Source: the human T2T-CHM13v2.0 reference genome, Homo sapiens. Taken from it: DNA of 64,000 bases. The DNA is taken from NCBI RefSeq assembly GCF_009914755.1, contig NC_060934.1. The stretch is one strand, 5' to 3'. Position 1 is the stretch's first letter. The number at the start of each line of letters is the position of its first letter. A model generated the notes under the pieces. That model searched no databases. It saw nothing but the letters and a program-made list of their open reading frames with translations, and was not told the DNA's origin. Below, one piece after another: positions 1-18,625 of this stretch. Both the position numbers and the translations under genes were made by a program.

Positions 1-483
1 AACTGCCAGCTGACAACAAATTGAAGATAAATTTCTAACAGTCTTAAAAGAAATGAACAAAATTCTTAGAGTGACAGTTTGTAAGCGAATAATGAAAGCA
101 ACAAAGAACCCTAGGATGAAAAAGATAAACTCTGATGAAATATCTGGGCTTAAAGATATCATCAGAGGACTTGAAATTACAAAATACATGCTAGTGTAAA
201 ATCTTTATGAAAATATTACAAAATTTTATAAAGAATTTTGTCATATTTTTAAAGGGAAAAGGCATCCCATATGAAGCTACTTTAAAAATGGTGATGTTCA
301 GTTTAAAATGCATAAATGTTTTCAACCAAAAGCAGAGAGAGATAGTGAAATGAATGACTCTTTTGCAGTTGATTATGGCAGCATGAAAATTATGAGAGGA
401 GTTAGAGTTGAAACTGTCAGATGTAGTTAAAATATGCACATACAGGTTACGAAATTGTTAAACGTTTTCATAAAATAAGGAGA

Positions 484-1670
<1,187 letters not shown>

Positions 1671-1807
1671 CTGATCTATTCTTAAAACATTTTGGGGAAC
1701 TGGTATTACTCAGATATACATGTAGGACTGACAATTGAGTATTAGGAGATGCTAGCACGTGTTTAGAGAAAGTGGGAACATTCCTATTTGCTGATCTTAC
1801 TTTTACT

Positions 1808-1972
1808 GAGAGAAAGAAAGAAATAAAGGGAAAGAAAGAAAGAAAGAGAGAGAGGGAGGGAGGGAAGGAGGGGAAGGGAAGGAGGGAAAGAGGGAGGGAA
1901 GGAAGGAGGGAAGGAAGGAAGGAAAGAAAAGAGGGAGGGAGGAAGGAAGGAAGGAAGGAGAGAGAAAGAGAG
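1808..1972. repeat. Polypurine (GAAA/GGGA/GGAA)n low-complexity tract
   Basis: ~165 nt almost entirely A/G. Confidence 0.95.
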
Positions 1973-2209
1973 CAAGCTTTGGTTTCTCTGATTGCAAAAG
2001 CAATATATTATTGAATACTTGAAAAATACAGATGAATATAATCAAGAAAACAAAAGTTAATGAAAACATAAGTTCATGAAAGAGAGGCAACCTCTGTTAA
2101 TATATTAGAAGTATTCTCTTCTATTATTTTTGAAACACATTTATATTTAATATAATATTTGAGATATAACATTTGAGATGTACTATGTATTGAGATTTTA
2201 GACCTTAAT

Positions 2210-3985
2210 TTTTATTAAGCAATTTTACTGATATAATTTATACACCATAATACCCAAGCATCTTAAATGTACAATTTAATTATTTTTCTGAGTGTTTGTT
2301 TAAACGTGTGAAACCCTCACCACAATCCAATTTGGGAACATTTCCATCCTCTACGTGTAACTTAACTGTTCATTCGCAACCACATTCAACCCCAGGTAAC
2401 CACCAATGTGCTTTTAGTCTTTAAAAAATGTGTCTTTTTTGGACATTTTAGATAAGTGGAGCTGTACAATGTGTGGCCTTTTGTGTTTGGCTTCATTTAC
2501 TTTGTGTATGTTTTTGAGGATCATCCAAGTTGTAGCCTGGATCAATAGTTTGTTCTTTTTTTTTTTTTTTTCTTTTTGAGACAGGGTCTCACTCTGTCAC
2601 CCAGGCTGGAATGCAGTGGTACAATCAGGGCTCACTGCAGCTTTGACCTCCTGAGTTCAAGTCATCCTCCCACTTCAGCCTCCCAAATAGCTGCAACTAT
2701 AGGCTAGCCACCACACCTGGCTAATTTTAAAATTTTGTAGAGATGATATCTCTCTATGTTGCCCAGGCTGGAATTGAACTCCAGGGATCAAGCAATCCTC
2801 CTGCCTCAGCCTCCTAGAGATTATAGGTATGAGCCACTGCATTCAGCCTAATTTTTATTGCAGAATAGCATTCAGTTGTATGGATATGATACATTGCGTT
2901 TATCCATTCACCTGTTTTTGGTTATTATGAATATTGTTGCTATGAACATTCATGTACATGTGTTTGTGTAGACACATATTTTCATTTCTATTGAATAAAT
3001 CCTAGGAGTTAAATTGCTGGTTGTACAGTAAATTGACATTTAACCTTTTAAGAAATTGCCAAACTGTTTTCCAAAGTGGCTGCCCCATTTTACTTTCCAC
3101 CAGCAATGTAGGAGGGTTGAAGTTTCTCCATATCCTTGCCAATACTTGTTATTGTCTATTTTTTTTATAATGGCAGTTTCAGTCTATATAGTGGTTCTGG
3201 TTGGAGTTTCATTTGCATTTCTTTAATGAATAAGAATGTGAAGTATATTTTTATGTGTCCATTAATCATTCATATATCTAGTGAAATGTCTGTTCAAATA
3301 TTTTCTCCAAATAAAAATTGAATTGTTTTCTTATTATTGAATTATAGGAGTTCTTTATTCTGGATGCAATTCATTTATGAGAAATATGATCTACAATTAT
3401 TTTTTCCAGTTAGTAGCTCATAGTTTCATTTTCTTAGTGCTATCTTTTGACATGCAAATGTTTTCCATTTCAACGAAGTACAGTTTTTTTTTTTTCTGTT
3501 ATGGATCTTGCTTTTGGTGTTGTATCAGAAATTTTTGCCCAACCTAGAGTCACTACAATTTTGTCTTATGTTTTATTGTAGATGTTTTATAGTTTTAGAT
3601 TTAACAGTAAGATGTTTAAGCCATTTTGAGTTAATTTTTGTGTATGATATGTTATAGGGTCTTTGTTCTTTTTTTTCCCATATGCCTATACAATTATTCC
3701 ACCACTGTTTGTTGAAATGTCTTGGCACCTTTGTCAAAAATCAATTGGGCATTAATGTAAAGGTTTATTTCTGGACTCCAGTGATCTACGTTTCTGTCCT
3801 TATGCCAGTACCACCCTCTCTTGTTTTGGTGAATTTATAGTCATTGTGAAATTGGGTGGTACAAATCTTACAACTTTGTTCTAACCTTTCAAAATTGTTC
3901 TGGCTTTTATAAGCCCTTTGCCTTAAGAAAATGTAGAGAATCAGCTTGTAAATTTCTGCAATATAACCTGCTGTAGTTTTTGGAA
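2210..3985 (-). mobile_element. Old L1 (L1MB-like) 3' portion, interrupted by an AluJ
   Basis: Antisense L1 3' UTR/ORF2-end motifs (ttatccattcacctg, aagaaattgccaaactgttttccaaagtggctg, ggcacctttgtcaaaaatcaattg). Confidence 0.85.
2556..2848 (-). mobile_element. AluJ-like SINE
   Basis: T-tract, gagacagggtctcactctgtcacccaggctgg, AluJ-type ctcactgcagc..gacctcctg..tcaag..atcctccc; highly diverged. Confidence 0.9.
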
Positions 3986-4308
3986 CATTTTCTCATGTTT
4001 TTATATTTCTGGTACTTTTAACTCAGACATTTTGGGAACATTTATGATAAAAAGGAGGGAGATGGTATAAATAACTTTTCAACTTCCCTTTTTTCTTCAG
4101 AATTCACTCAGTATTTGCCCTATGATACATATGCAGAGAAGATAGATCTTTGAAATTGAAAAACTTGTGGCTATAAATTTGTCAGTTGTTAAAGTCTTAC
4201 TGAGTTCTCCTTAGGAGAACTGGGTTCCTGTCCAGGGAATTGTTTTCTGCCAGTCAATAAAGCAGTGGGAATTCTGCTCTATAATGGATGTGGAACAAAC
4301 AAACACAC

Positions 4309-4645
4309 AATGATCTCTCCAAAAAGGAAATTAAAAAAATAATTCTATTTACAATCGTGTTAAAAATAATTTGATACAAACTTAACTAAGGAGGTAAACA
4401 ACTTATAAACTGAAAACTATAAAACAGTAATGAAAGAAATTTTTAAAAACACAAACGGAAAATATTTCATGTTCATGGATTAGAAAAATTAATACCGTTA
4501 AAATGTTTATACTTTCCAAAGCGATGTATAGATTCAGTATAAAACCTATCAAAATTCCAGTGGCATGTTTTTACAGAAATTTTTAAAAAATCTTAAAATG
4601 TATTTAGAACCACAAAAGACTTCAAGGAAACAAAGTAATTTGTTT
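4309..4645 (+). mobile_element. Old L1 ORF2 remnant, segment 2 (continues 484-1372)
   Basis: aaggaaattaa...ctatttacaat, tgaaaactataaaac, atgttcatggattagaa. Confidence 0.85.
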
Positions 4646-4649
4646 CTGA

Positions 4650-5538
4650 AAGAAAAAATTATTGAGTTATAATTGATACACAATAAACTGCACATATTTA
4701 AAGTGTGCAGTTTGAAAAATTTTGATATGTCTATACACCCATTAAAATATCACCGTAATCAAGATCGTGAACATATCCCTCTCCCCAAAAAGTGTCCTAT
4801 TACTCTTTTGTAATACTGCTTCCTGCCCTTCCCTCCATTCCCAAGAACCATTGATATGCTTTCATTGTAAATTAGTTTTCTAGAGTTTTATGTAAATGGA
4901 ATTATACAGTATATATCCTTTTTTTGCTGGCTTCTTTGACTCAATATATTTAATTTGAGATTCATCTGTATTGTGACATACATCAAGGGTTTATTTTTGT
5001 TTCTCTGTACAATAGTATTCCATTGTATGGCTATACCACAGTTTGTTTATCCGTTCACCTATTGATGGGCATTTGAGTTGTTCCTACTCTTTGGCTGTTA
5101 TAAACAGAGTTTTCACGAATATGCATGTATAAGTCTTTGTATAAAAAGACATTTTTTCTTTTGGGTAAATACTTAGAAGTGGAATGGCTGAAATATATGG
5201 TATGTGTATGTTTAACTTTTTAAGGAACTAAAACATTTTGCCAAAGTGTTTGCACATTTTACATTCCTACCATCAGCGTATGAGTGTTCCAGTTCCTTCA
5301 TACCCTTGCCATCACAGTATGGTCAGTCTTTAATTATTCTAATAGGTGTGCAGTGGTTTCTTATTGTTATTTAAATTGAATTTTCTCAATGACTAATGAT
5401 GTTGAGCATCTTTGTATATGCTTATTTGCTGTGTATCTTTGGTAATGTGTCTGTTCAAATCTTTTACCCATTAAAAATAGGTTGCTTCTTCTTTTATGGT
5501 GAGTTTTGAGGGTTTATGTTTTAATCTGGATAAAAGAC
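4650..5538 (-). mobile_element. Nested antisense L1M 3' fragment
   Basis: attgagttataattgatacacaataaactgcacatatttaaagtg L1M 3'-end pattern; interrupts the plus-strand L1. Confidence 0.85.
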
Positions 5539-5539
5539 C

Positions 5540-7515
5540 TTTGAGAAAAAAGAACAAAGCTGGAAAAATCACACTCTAATTTTGAAACATATTACAAAGC
5601 CACAGTAATAAAAATCAAACATACTGGCATAAACACAGACATATAGACCAATTGGACAGATTAGGGAACCCAGAAATAAATCCAGGAATAAACAGTCAAT
5701 TTGTCTTCAAACAGGGTGCTAAAAACACACAAGGGGAAAACATATTCTCTTCAATAAATGATGATGGGAAATTTTTATATCCTAATACAAAAATGAAATT
5801 GTATCTTTATATTACACCATATACAAAAATAAAATCCAAATGGTTTAAATAATTAAACATAAAACTGGAAACAATAAAACTCTTGGAGAAAATACAGAGA
5901 AAAATTCTATATATTGGACTGAACAATAATTCCTTAGATATGATACCAAAAGCATGGACAACAAAAGCAAAATAGACTAGTGGGACTACATCAAACTAAA
6001 AAGCTTTTGCACAGAAAACAATAAAAAAAAATGAAACGGCAACCTAAGGAATGGGAGGAAATGTTTACAAATTATATATCTGATAAAGGATTAATGTCCA
6101 AAATATATAACAGATTCCTGTAATTCAATTGCCAAAAAAAAACCATTAAAAAATGGACAAAATACCTAAATAGACATATTTCCAAGAAAGACATGCAAAT
6201 GGCCAACAGGTATATGAAACGATGCTCAACAGCCCTAATCATTACGGAAATGAAAATCAAAACCACAATGAGATATCACTTTATGCCTTTTAGAATAGCT
6301 GATATTGAAAAGACAAGAAATAAGTGTCATTGAGTATGTGGAAAAAGGGAAGCCTTATACTGATTGTGGGAATATAAATTCGTGAAGCCTTCATGTAAAA
6401 TAATATGGAAATCTCTCAAAAATTAAAATAGAACTACCATTTGATTTAGCAGTTTTACTTATGGACATATATTCCAAGGAATTGAAATCAAGATCTTGAA
6501 GAGACTTCTGCACTCCCTTATTTAGCACAACATTATTCATAATAGCCAAGATATGCAAACAACCTAAATGCCTAAATGCCCACTGACAGATTAAAGAAAA
6601 TGGGGTGGGGGTCTATGTATATATATGCAATGTAATGGCATTTGACCTTTAAAAGAAGAAATTCTATTTGTGACAATGTTACCAAAACACCAGGGGTTCA
6701 GTCCAGGTGCTGCTGCTTGCTATACAGAAAGCCAGTCACTGAGACAAGAAGTAATGCCAAGGATGAAGACTTTAATTGGGTTCTGTATCCCAGTAGATGG
6801 GAGCTCAGTCTCAAATCCATATCCCTGTTTGACTAATACTAGGGGTTTATACAACAGGGGAAGAAATGTAACGATATGTAAGAAAACAGGAACTAGGGAG
6901 GGGCGAGGAAGCAATCATGATAAATGAGGAGTCCAACATCTCATTGTCTGGATGTGGTGATCTGATGAGTTTCAGTTCTTTGATACTTTTTTTTGAGAGG
7001 TCTGAAGGTCATTTCCTGAGGAAGGAACTCAGATAAAACAAAGATAACACTCAAGCTGTAAGACCAGAAGGGTCAATTTCTATGTTTGTCCAAAAAAAAC
7101 TATCTCTGGGACTATTGAGTCAGTTTCAACAACATGGACAGATCTGAAGGATATTATGTTATGTGAAATAAGCCAGACATTGAAAGACAAATATTGCATG
7201 ATCTTACTAAAATGGTCAAATACATAGAACAATGAGTAGAATGGTAGTTAGTCGACAGGCGCAGGGAAGGGGCAAATGGTCAGGTGTGAGTCAAAGTGTA
7301 TACAAAATTTGTTATGCAAGAAAAATAAGTTCTGGGGATCTCTTGTAAATCATAGGGCCTATAATTCACAATACTGTACAGTATAGTTAAAATTTGCTAA
7401 ATGAGCACATCTTATGTGAACTGCTGTTAACATAGAAAGACAGAACAAAGCAAAAAACACAAAGGGGATAGAAGGAAACTTTTGGAAGTGATAGTTAAGT
7501 TTACGGCATTCTGAT
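5540..7515 (+). mobile_element. Old L1 (L1MA9/10-like) ORF2 end and 3' UTR, segment 3, with an LTR inserted
   Basis: agaacaaagctgga, gggactacatcaaactaaaaagctt, aaaatcaaaaccacaatgagatatcac, ggaattgaaatcaagatcttgaagaga. Confidence 0.88.
6677..7128 (-). mobile_element. ERV1 solo LTR (MER66-like)
   Basis: TG...CA termini; 4-bp TSD ACAA at 6673-6676 and 7129-7132; removing it restores the L1 sequence ttgtgacaacatgga. Confidence 0.8.
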
Positions 7516-7578
7516 GATGCTTTTGTTCTATTCTTTGCTTATTTGAGAATGACTACTTTAGATACCTTATATCTAAAT

Positions 7579-7598
7579 CACACACACATATATATATA

Positions 7599-7637
<39 letters not shown>
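7579..7637. repeat. Compound (CA)n(TA)n(TG)n microsatellite
   Basis: Read directly from the sequence. Confidence 0.95.
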
Positions 7638-7639
<2 letters not shown>

Positions 7640-9499
7640 CCATGTAGTATCTACCCTCTTGTGACTGGCTAAACAATATATATTTTTAATTATTAAGTAA
7701 TACCTCAGTTTACATGTCTGTAGTCTGCTTTTCTAGCTAATATAACAATCATCTATAATATTTATATTTGATATATTTTTCTTTAAAATGCACTTAAAAT
7801 TCATCCATTTTTTAAGTTAGAGTCAGTCATGTGAAAGTCAGTATACAAAACCTCAAAATGTAAAATTGCAGACCTAAAAGGCAAATGAACCTTTAATCGC
7901 TTCATTTAAAAGATTAGGAGAAAGAACATTGCAGGCCTGGTGTGTGAATTTCTTGTTCCCTTTACAGACATTTTCGACCAAATAATCATTAAATGCTCTG
8001 TTAAACTGTTCTAGTTTACAGCACATATTCCTAGTTTGTTGGAGCTCTACATCTGCAGATATGCACTGAGAATACCCACACCGCCACTGTACAACCAAGT
8101 TGCCAAATAAATTGGTCCCTAACCAATAAAGCACCTAAGGGAATTTAAGTCTTAAAGCTTTACTCAGTCATGTGCAGAATAAAGATCATAAAAAGGCCCC
8201 AAAGCTTTAATATGTGGGTTTGAAAATAATCTTCTTAGGTATGTGCTTTATGCAAGCATTCCTGTTAGCATTTCCCCATTAATATTTTTCTGTTGCACAC
8301 TTTCACGTTAAAATACATAGGAGAAAGATCATCCAAAGAACTTTGCAGACATTAAATTTAAATTTTTACTTCTTTATCAAATTTACTACTACATTTTACT
8401 TAAAAGAAATACATACACAGCATCATGACTATCATTTTAGATATATTTGCATAGATAACAGCAAAATATTTTTGGCAGATAAAATCAAAAGTTATGAGCA
8501 CAATGTATGAAACAGAATAATACTGCCTCATTTCTATAAAAAAGAATTATCTCTCTTAACTTTAAATGTAAAACATGTTTCTCTCATTCTCTCTTGGTGA
8601 TTTTTTTATTGGCTGCTCAAATAAAATCAGCTAGAAGAATTTAGAGTCCTAAAGTAAAAACTGCCAGTATGGTAACTCTTCTATACATTAACCCAGTGGA
8701 ATGTTCAAGTTACCTTTATCTGTGTGTAAGTGACACACATTATCATTTAATTCTTACTAGTCTATAAAGATGTCAGTATGTAGTTACTACCGTCATTTCA
8801 TGGGTGCAAGGTTGATCCTGATGTTTGAATTCTCTAAAGTAAAATTTTATTACATCAGGCCTATATATGACCTGCAGGCTTGTGAGTTAGAGAAAAGTCA
8901 TAAATTGGTCCCTATTAAACTATTATATAGAATCAGTATCAGTATTAGGATTGGGAAACAGAAACTCCTTTGAAATTCCAGCAGGAAGTGACGAAATACA
9001 AACTAATGGCTCCTTCCAAACTACAAGAAGACCAGAAAGAGCAAGGTCAAGGAAAATAACCTCTAGCTTTTAGGTTTGGCAAGTACAGCCTTACGTACTA
9101 CAGAAAATTACTACCAATGGTCAGAGCTACTGTCAAGGGTTTCGTGCAGAAACATCGGCAGTTTCTTTAATACACGAATACACTAAACTTTCTTTAATAC
9201 ACAAACACTACACAGTATCCTCTCTCTGTGTTTTGCTGGGGAAGAAGAAAAATGGCTTTTTTCTTCAGCTGTCCAACCTTGTGCAAGAAGCCCTCAATAG
9301 TAGAATCTAAGCAAAATTTGTCTGCCAAAAGATTCTGGGAAATGTGACTCCAAGTCTTCCTGTGACTACACAACAGAGAGTGTAAAAATATGTTGCACTC
9401 ATTAAGTGTTGCCAACAGGCAATCAGGAAAGCCTTCCCAGAAAACATATATCAAATTCCTATCACAGGGCTGGACATAGCAAAATGTAAAATATAATGA

Positions 9500-9740
9500 T
9501 GTAGTGGTTGAAAGTCCTGGCTCTAGATATGAATCTGCCACTTTCCACTTGTGTGATCTTGGGCAAGTGTTGTAATTTATCTATGCTTAATTTCCTCTTC
9601 TACAAAACGTGAATATTACTATCTGCCACATTGTGTTGCTGGGATGTTAATGTGCATTTAGACAGTGACTGAACACTTAGTAAAATATCTAAACATGTTA
9701 GAAACATTAATATTGCTTTTGTTTATTATCATCATTACTA
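9500..9740 (+). mobile_element. MIR SINE
   Basis: tgtgtgatcttgggcaagt...tttcctcttctacaaaa MIR core. Confidence 0.75.
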
Positions 9741-11254
9741 TTAACATGAAGTTTTTTTTTTCTAAGCAGAAAAATTTGTGTTCCTTTTCTGCTAATGCCA
9801 TGTTTTTTCACTATGGTTTATATCTTCAATACTGGGAGGAATTTTTCTGCTGTGATTAGTCCTCCTCATGTTTTTTGCCAAAGTTTTGCAGCTCATCTCT
9901 GCTCTTTTTTCCAGCTAGCACATAACTGTTATTTTCCCCTTCACCACTAAAATCTAAGGTTAGTGTTGAGATACCATCATTTTTTTTCATCATCTACTTA
10001 CTTTAAACCTCCGATACGGTCTCAAAGAATATTCTTCTATTGAAACTCTATCCCTTCTTTCTCAATTCTTTTTGACTTTTTAATTTTTAAATTTCAAACT
10101 CTTTCTAATAGTTTATGTCACTTAATTTGTGTAATCTTATTGTTTTTTTATTGAACATCAATGATTTTCAGAGAACAAGATTCTGAAGATATACAATGAA
10201 ACACTATTTCCCTTCCTTAAGTAGTTTAAATTCTAGTGAGGAGATGACTTTGTAAACAATTTTAATATATAAAGAATATAAGCAAATTGAGGGGAAGGTA
10301 AAATAAAGGAAGGACTACATTTAGATAGAATATTAAGTTCTGGATTTCTCATGCTACAATTTGAAGGATGAGTTATATTAACATATACATAGGTTTCAAA
10401 TGAAGGGAAGGTAGTGATGCATGTTCTCTTTGGGCACTGTAACTTCTGGCCCACTTTTCTTCCTCATGAGTGTGAATTTACTTAACATCAATTCTTGCCA
10501 CTGCTACTTACTTTCTCTTCTAAATCTCAGGATTTATCAACACTTTGTTGATATTACAAATGTGGATAACAAATCTGGACATGAACCTCTCATTGTTACT
10601 GAATATCTTCCTAGGGAACTTACTAATTCTGCTCATGTGTCAAAGGAATTACTTAAAGAAAACAATATACAAAGATTGGTTGTCTGCTCATGTTACTGTA
10701 TTAATTTACATGTGTTTTAAATAAAGTCTATTTTGATCAAAGCTCTTACAATTTCTCGAGTGTCCCACAGACCAGGTGTTAGTCTTTATTTGTATCTGTA
10801 CTCATCTGTTCTTTTTCTCCCCATATATTCTTTACCAACATTTAGACCTTTGTGCTATTGGTTATGGTTAGCATGTTCTCAGTAAATGCATGTTGAATTG
10901 AAGTCTAACATAATAGTGTGGCCTTTCTATGAAAGACATAAGAATTAACATAAGGAAACCAACACTCTATCTTATGTTAGGCCATAACAAATATTATTGC
11001 AATTATCTGAACAATTAAAATACCCGTGATTAATATTTGAATATCTCAGGAGAAAGTTGTATATACATCATTTTGAGCTCTAAATGAAATTGTTTAAGTT
11101 TGCTTAAGTGCTCCCATTCTTCCCTACACATTCGAAAACATGTCTTCATAAGAAAATGTTCTCCTTTTTAGGGTCATAGATTTAAGCACCTTTTCATATG
11201 TCTGTTTGATTTTATGATGCCTGGCTTATTGCTCTTCAAATAATAATCTCTAGT

Positions 11255-12185
11255 TTTAAATAATTTCATTTTGAAACAATTTCAAATTTACAAATGTGTT
11301 GCAAAGATAGTACAAAATAGCTTCATATACCTTTTGTTCATATTACCCAAATATTACCATTCGACATTTGTTCTTTCAATTTACCATACATTTTTATTTA
11401 TAGTAAAGTCTATGCCTATAGCTGTACCAGTCTACCTATACATACATACACACAGTTTTTTTTTTCTGAAAGCTTTGAGAGAAAGTTGAAGGCATGTTGC
11501 CACTTTACCCCTCAATATATAGATGCTCCTCAACTTATAATGAAGTTACATCCCAATAAAACAATCGTAAGTTGAAAATTTGTAAATTAAAAAAAGCATT
11601 TAATACACTTAATCCACCTGACAGCATAGCTTAGCCTAGCCTGCCTTAAACATGCTCAGTACACTTACATTAGCCTACAGTTGGGCAAAATCATGTAACA
11701 CAAAGCTTATTTTATAATAAAATTTTGAATATCTCATATAAGAGTATCATACTGCATATACTTAGCCAGAGAAAAGATAAAAGTTTGAAATTTGAAGTGT
11801 GGTTTCCACTGAATGTGTATTGCTTTAGCACCATCATAAAGCTGAAAAATTTTTAAGTTGAGTCATCATCAGTTGGGAACCATTTATATTTGTGTTTATT
11901 TTTGTTTTAAATAAAAGGGCATTATCTCGCATACCCATAGTGGAGTTACCAAAAATCAGGAAATTGATAGTGTAGTATATTAACATTTTCCAGTTGTCAC
12001 AATAATGTTCTTTGTCTGTTCAAGAATCAGCCCAGGATTAGTCATTCTGTTTATTTGTCATGTCTCTTCTGTGTCTTTTATGTGCTTTAATCTGAAACAG
12101 TTCTTCAGTCTTTGTCTACCCTGACACTAAAACTTTTGTAAAAAGTCCTTCAGTTTGGATTTGTAGGGTATTTCTTTGTGATTAG
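11255..12185 (-). mobile_element. L1MC/L1ME-like 3' fragment, interrupted by MER47
   Basis: ttttgaaacaatttcaaatttaca...gttgcaaagatagtaca; tttgagagaaagttg..catg..cactttacccct. Confidence 0.65.
11520..11886. mobile_element. MER47A-like (TcMar-Tigger) non-autonomous DNA transposon
   Basis: agatgctcctcaactta terminus, catagcttagcctagcct, cattagcctacagttgggcaaaatc; TA on both flanks. Confidence 0.85.
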
Positions 12186-12189
12186 TTTT

Positions 12190-16075
<3,886 letters not shown>

Positions 16076-17065
16076 TTTTTTCTCAAAATGTAATAAGGTC
16101 AAATCCCTCTAACAAATGCCTTCTTACATATATGAAAGATTCTGTTTGAACTCTGACTTATTTTTTCTCTTATAAAACACAGATTTCTTGAAGTCATTTA
16201 TTTTTTATTTATTTTTCACCATCTTCATTCACCTGAAATGCTACAATGTGCATGGTTTTATTAAATAAATAAAATTATTGTCTTATATAAGGGAAGCAAG
16301 GTTTTAAGCTAATGTTTTAGAAATCATGTATTCCCTCACACATGTGCCAAACTTAGATACAACTTATTCCAAATATTCCCACTAAATTTTATGCAATTCT
16401 CAAAATACTCACCCACTCCAGCTCCCTCCAAACCTTAAAGTAATATGGCAAATACATATCTCACATATTGGTGTTGAGATTTTTAGTCAGCAGATCATTA
16501 TGTCCTGTTATTTGAATAAATTACAATGTTATTAAACTTCCTTGGTCTAGATTTCATTTCAACCATTTCTTTATGCATTTATTTTGTAGCTAAGTGATGT
16601 ACTGGGTGGACTATAAGTGCCTTTCTTGTTCTTAAAAAAGAAAAAAAAAACCCACAGCCTAACTCTAAATATGTTGCACTCAAGATAATGGATTTACCTT
16701 ATCTCAGAATTTAAGTGATAGAATGGTTCCAAAGAGAGAACTTGGAATTTGTTAAGTTAGAAACAAAAAATGTTAATTATATGTAATTTAAGAAATTATA
16801 CCATTAGAAGAAATATTTTACCTACTTGCAGTTATTAAAGCAATTAACTTAGAAAACTTTAAACTGGAAAACAGTTTTCAAATGTTTTGATGTCAAATTT
16901 ATTCAAATCTTATATTTTAAAAAGCATCTAAAATTAGTTACATAATATAAATATGGAGCAAAGATATCAAGCATACCAGTAATGCTTGCTGAATACGTTC
17001 ATATATATGTATGTGTGAGTGTATGTATATACACATATACATTCTTATATATACAGTTATATCTA

Positions 17066-17302
17066 CAGTTGACCCTTAGACAGCACAGGTTTGAACTGCA
17101 TGGGTCCGTTTACACCTGGATTTTTTGCAACCAAAGGCAGATCGAAAATACACTATTCAGACGATATAAGATCTGCACATAAGGAGGGCCAACTTTTCAT
17201 ATATATGGTGTCACAGGGTTGACTACAGCACTTGACTATGCACAAGTTTGGGTATATGCAGGAGTCCTGGAAGCAGTCCCCCTTTATACTGAGGAATGAC
17301 TC
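17066..17302. mobile_element. MER8-like (Tigger2-derived) DNA transposon
   Basis: cagttgaccctt...aggtttgaactgcatgggtcc start, tatactgaggaatgact end, TA flanks. Confidence 0.85.
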
Positions 17303-17304
17303 TA

Positions 17305-17784
17305 TGGACATATCCTAATTCCTAGAACTTGTTAATTTGTAATGTTACATGACAAAGGAAAATTAACATTGCAGGCAGAAATAAGTGTGCTAATCAACTG
17401 ACCATATAATAGGGAGAAAATCCTGAATCATCTAGGAGACCCAATATAATCCCAAACATTGTTGAAAGTGGAGTATGGTGGCAGAAGAATTCAGAGTCGA
17501 ATGTAGAGGCAAGGAAGGAAAAATGGTCATAGAAATGGATTGTTGTTGGCTTTGAAGATTGTGGGTTGATAGGGAAGTAATGTGGCTAGTCTCTAGAAGC
17601 TGAAACAGGCAAGAAAATGGATTTTCCCCAGAGTTTCCAGAAAAGAATGTAGCCCTGCCAATAGCATCTTCCTTTTAACCAAGTGAGTTGTATGTCAGAT
17701 GTCTTACCTACAGAACTATGAGATGATTAATCTGAGTTGGTTTAAATCACCAAGTTTGTGATCATTTCTTATAGCATACATACA
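17305..17784 (+). mobile_element. MLT1 (MLT1D-like) MaLR LTR
   Basis: tgctaatcaactgacc, ggctttgaagat, ctctagaagctg, acctacagaactatgagat, ccaagtttgtg. Confidence 0.75.
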
Positions 17785-18494
17785 CATTTTCAAAACATTT
17801 TTGAAAATCTATTTTCATAACAATTTCATATAATACACAAATATTACATCAAGCTTCTTTTGTTCTTGGTGAAATCTATGCTTTTTACATACAATATTGT
17901 GAAAAGACTACCATAGGTTTGGTAAGTACGCCACCTATTAGTAAATTAAGTACCTAGCCAAATTCTATCTTTTCAGTAATGAAGCTGTTATAAACACATT
18001 TTCTCTAATATTTTTATCGTATTTCAATTTAATTTAGATATGTTGTTTTCTAAAATATTTACAAAACTATCAAAATGCATGTATTTTTGCTAAAAATATT
18101 ATCTCTTGTGAAATTCCAATTTTTGACATTTACTTTGCCCATTTTAGTAGTTTACTTTAAATTTAACAACAAAAATTTATTATAAGGACAATAACCAGTT
18201 TGTTAATTACTAACTACATGAATATATACTCTTGATTATATAGTTGTCACTATGCTAAACTTTGGGAATGTAAAAGCAAATAATAAACAGTATCCATCCT
18301 TAAAGTCCTCAAAATTTAGTAAAACTAGCTACATTTAGTAACATTGATCAAAACCGTGGACACAAAAAAACCATGGTAGTGAAACAGGAGAAAGGACCAA
18401 TTCTGGGTGAGATTTAGTGGAGGCTTACTCATAAAATATTGAAAGTCAGGCAGGAATTCTCCAAGGACATCAAGAGAATAAAAGCTTTTACATT

Positions 18495-18625
18495 TTACTC
18501 ATTAATTCATTAAACAAATATTTATTGGGTAATTCATATGTAATAACATTGTTCTAGGAGCTAGGATTATGTCATCAACAAAACACAAAAAAATCCCTGA
18601 TCTCAAGGAATATAGTCTAGGGGGC
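18495..18625 (-). mobile_element. L2 3'-end fragment
   Basis: attcattaaacaaatatttattg...ttgttctaggagctagga...tccctgatctcaaggaa..agtctag. Confidence 0.7.

Noticed and set aside
1772-2090. Charged and Phe/Ser/Pro-rich ORFs (also 41185-41373 and 43123-43605)
   Set aside because: Translations of simple repeats and Alu sequence.
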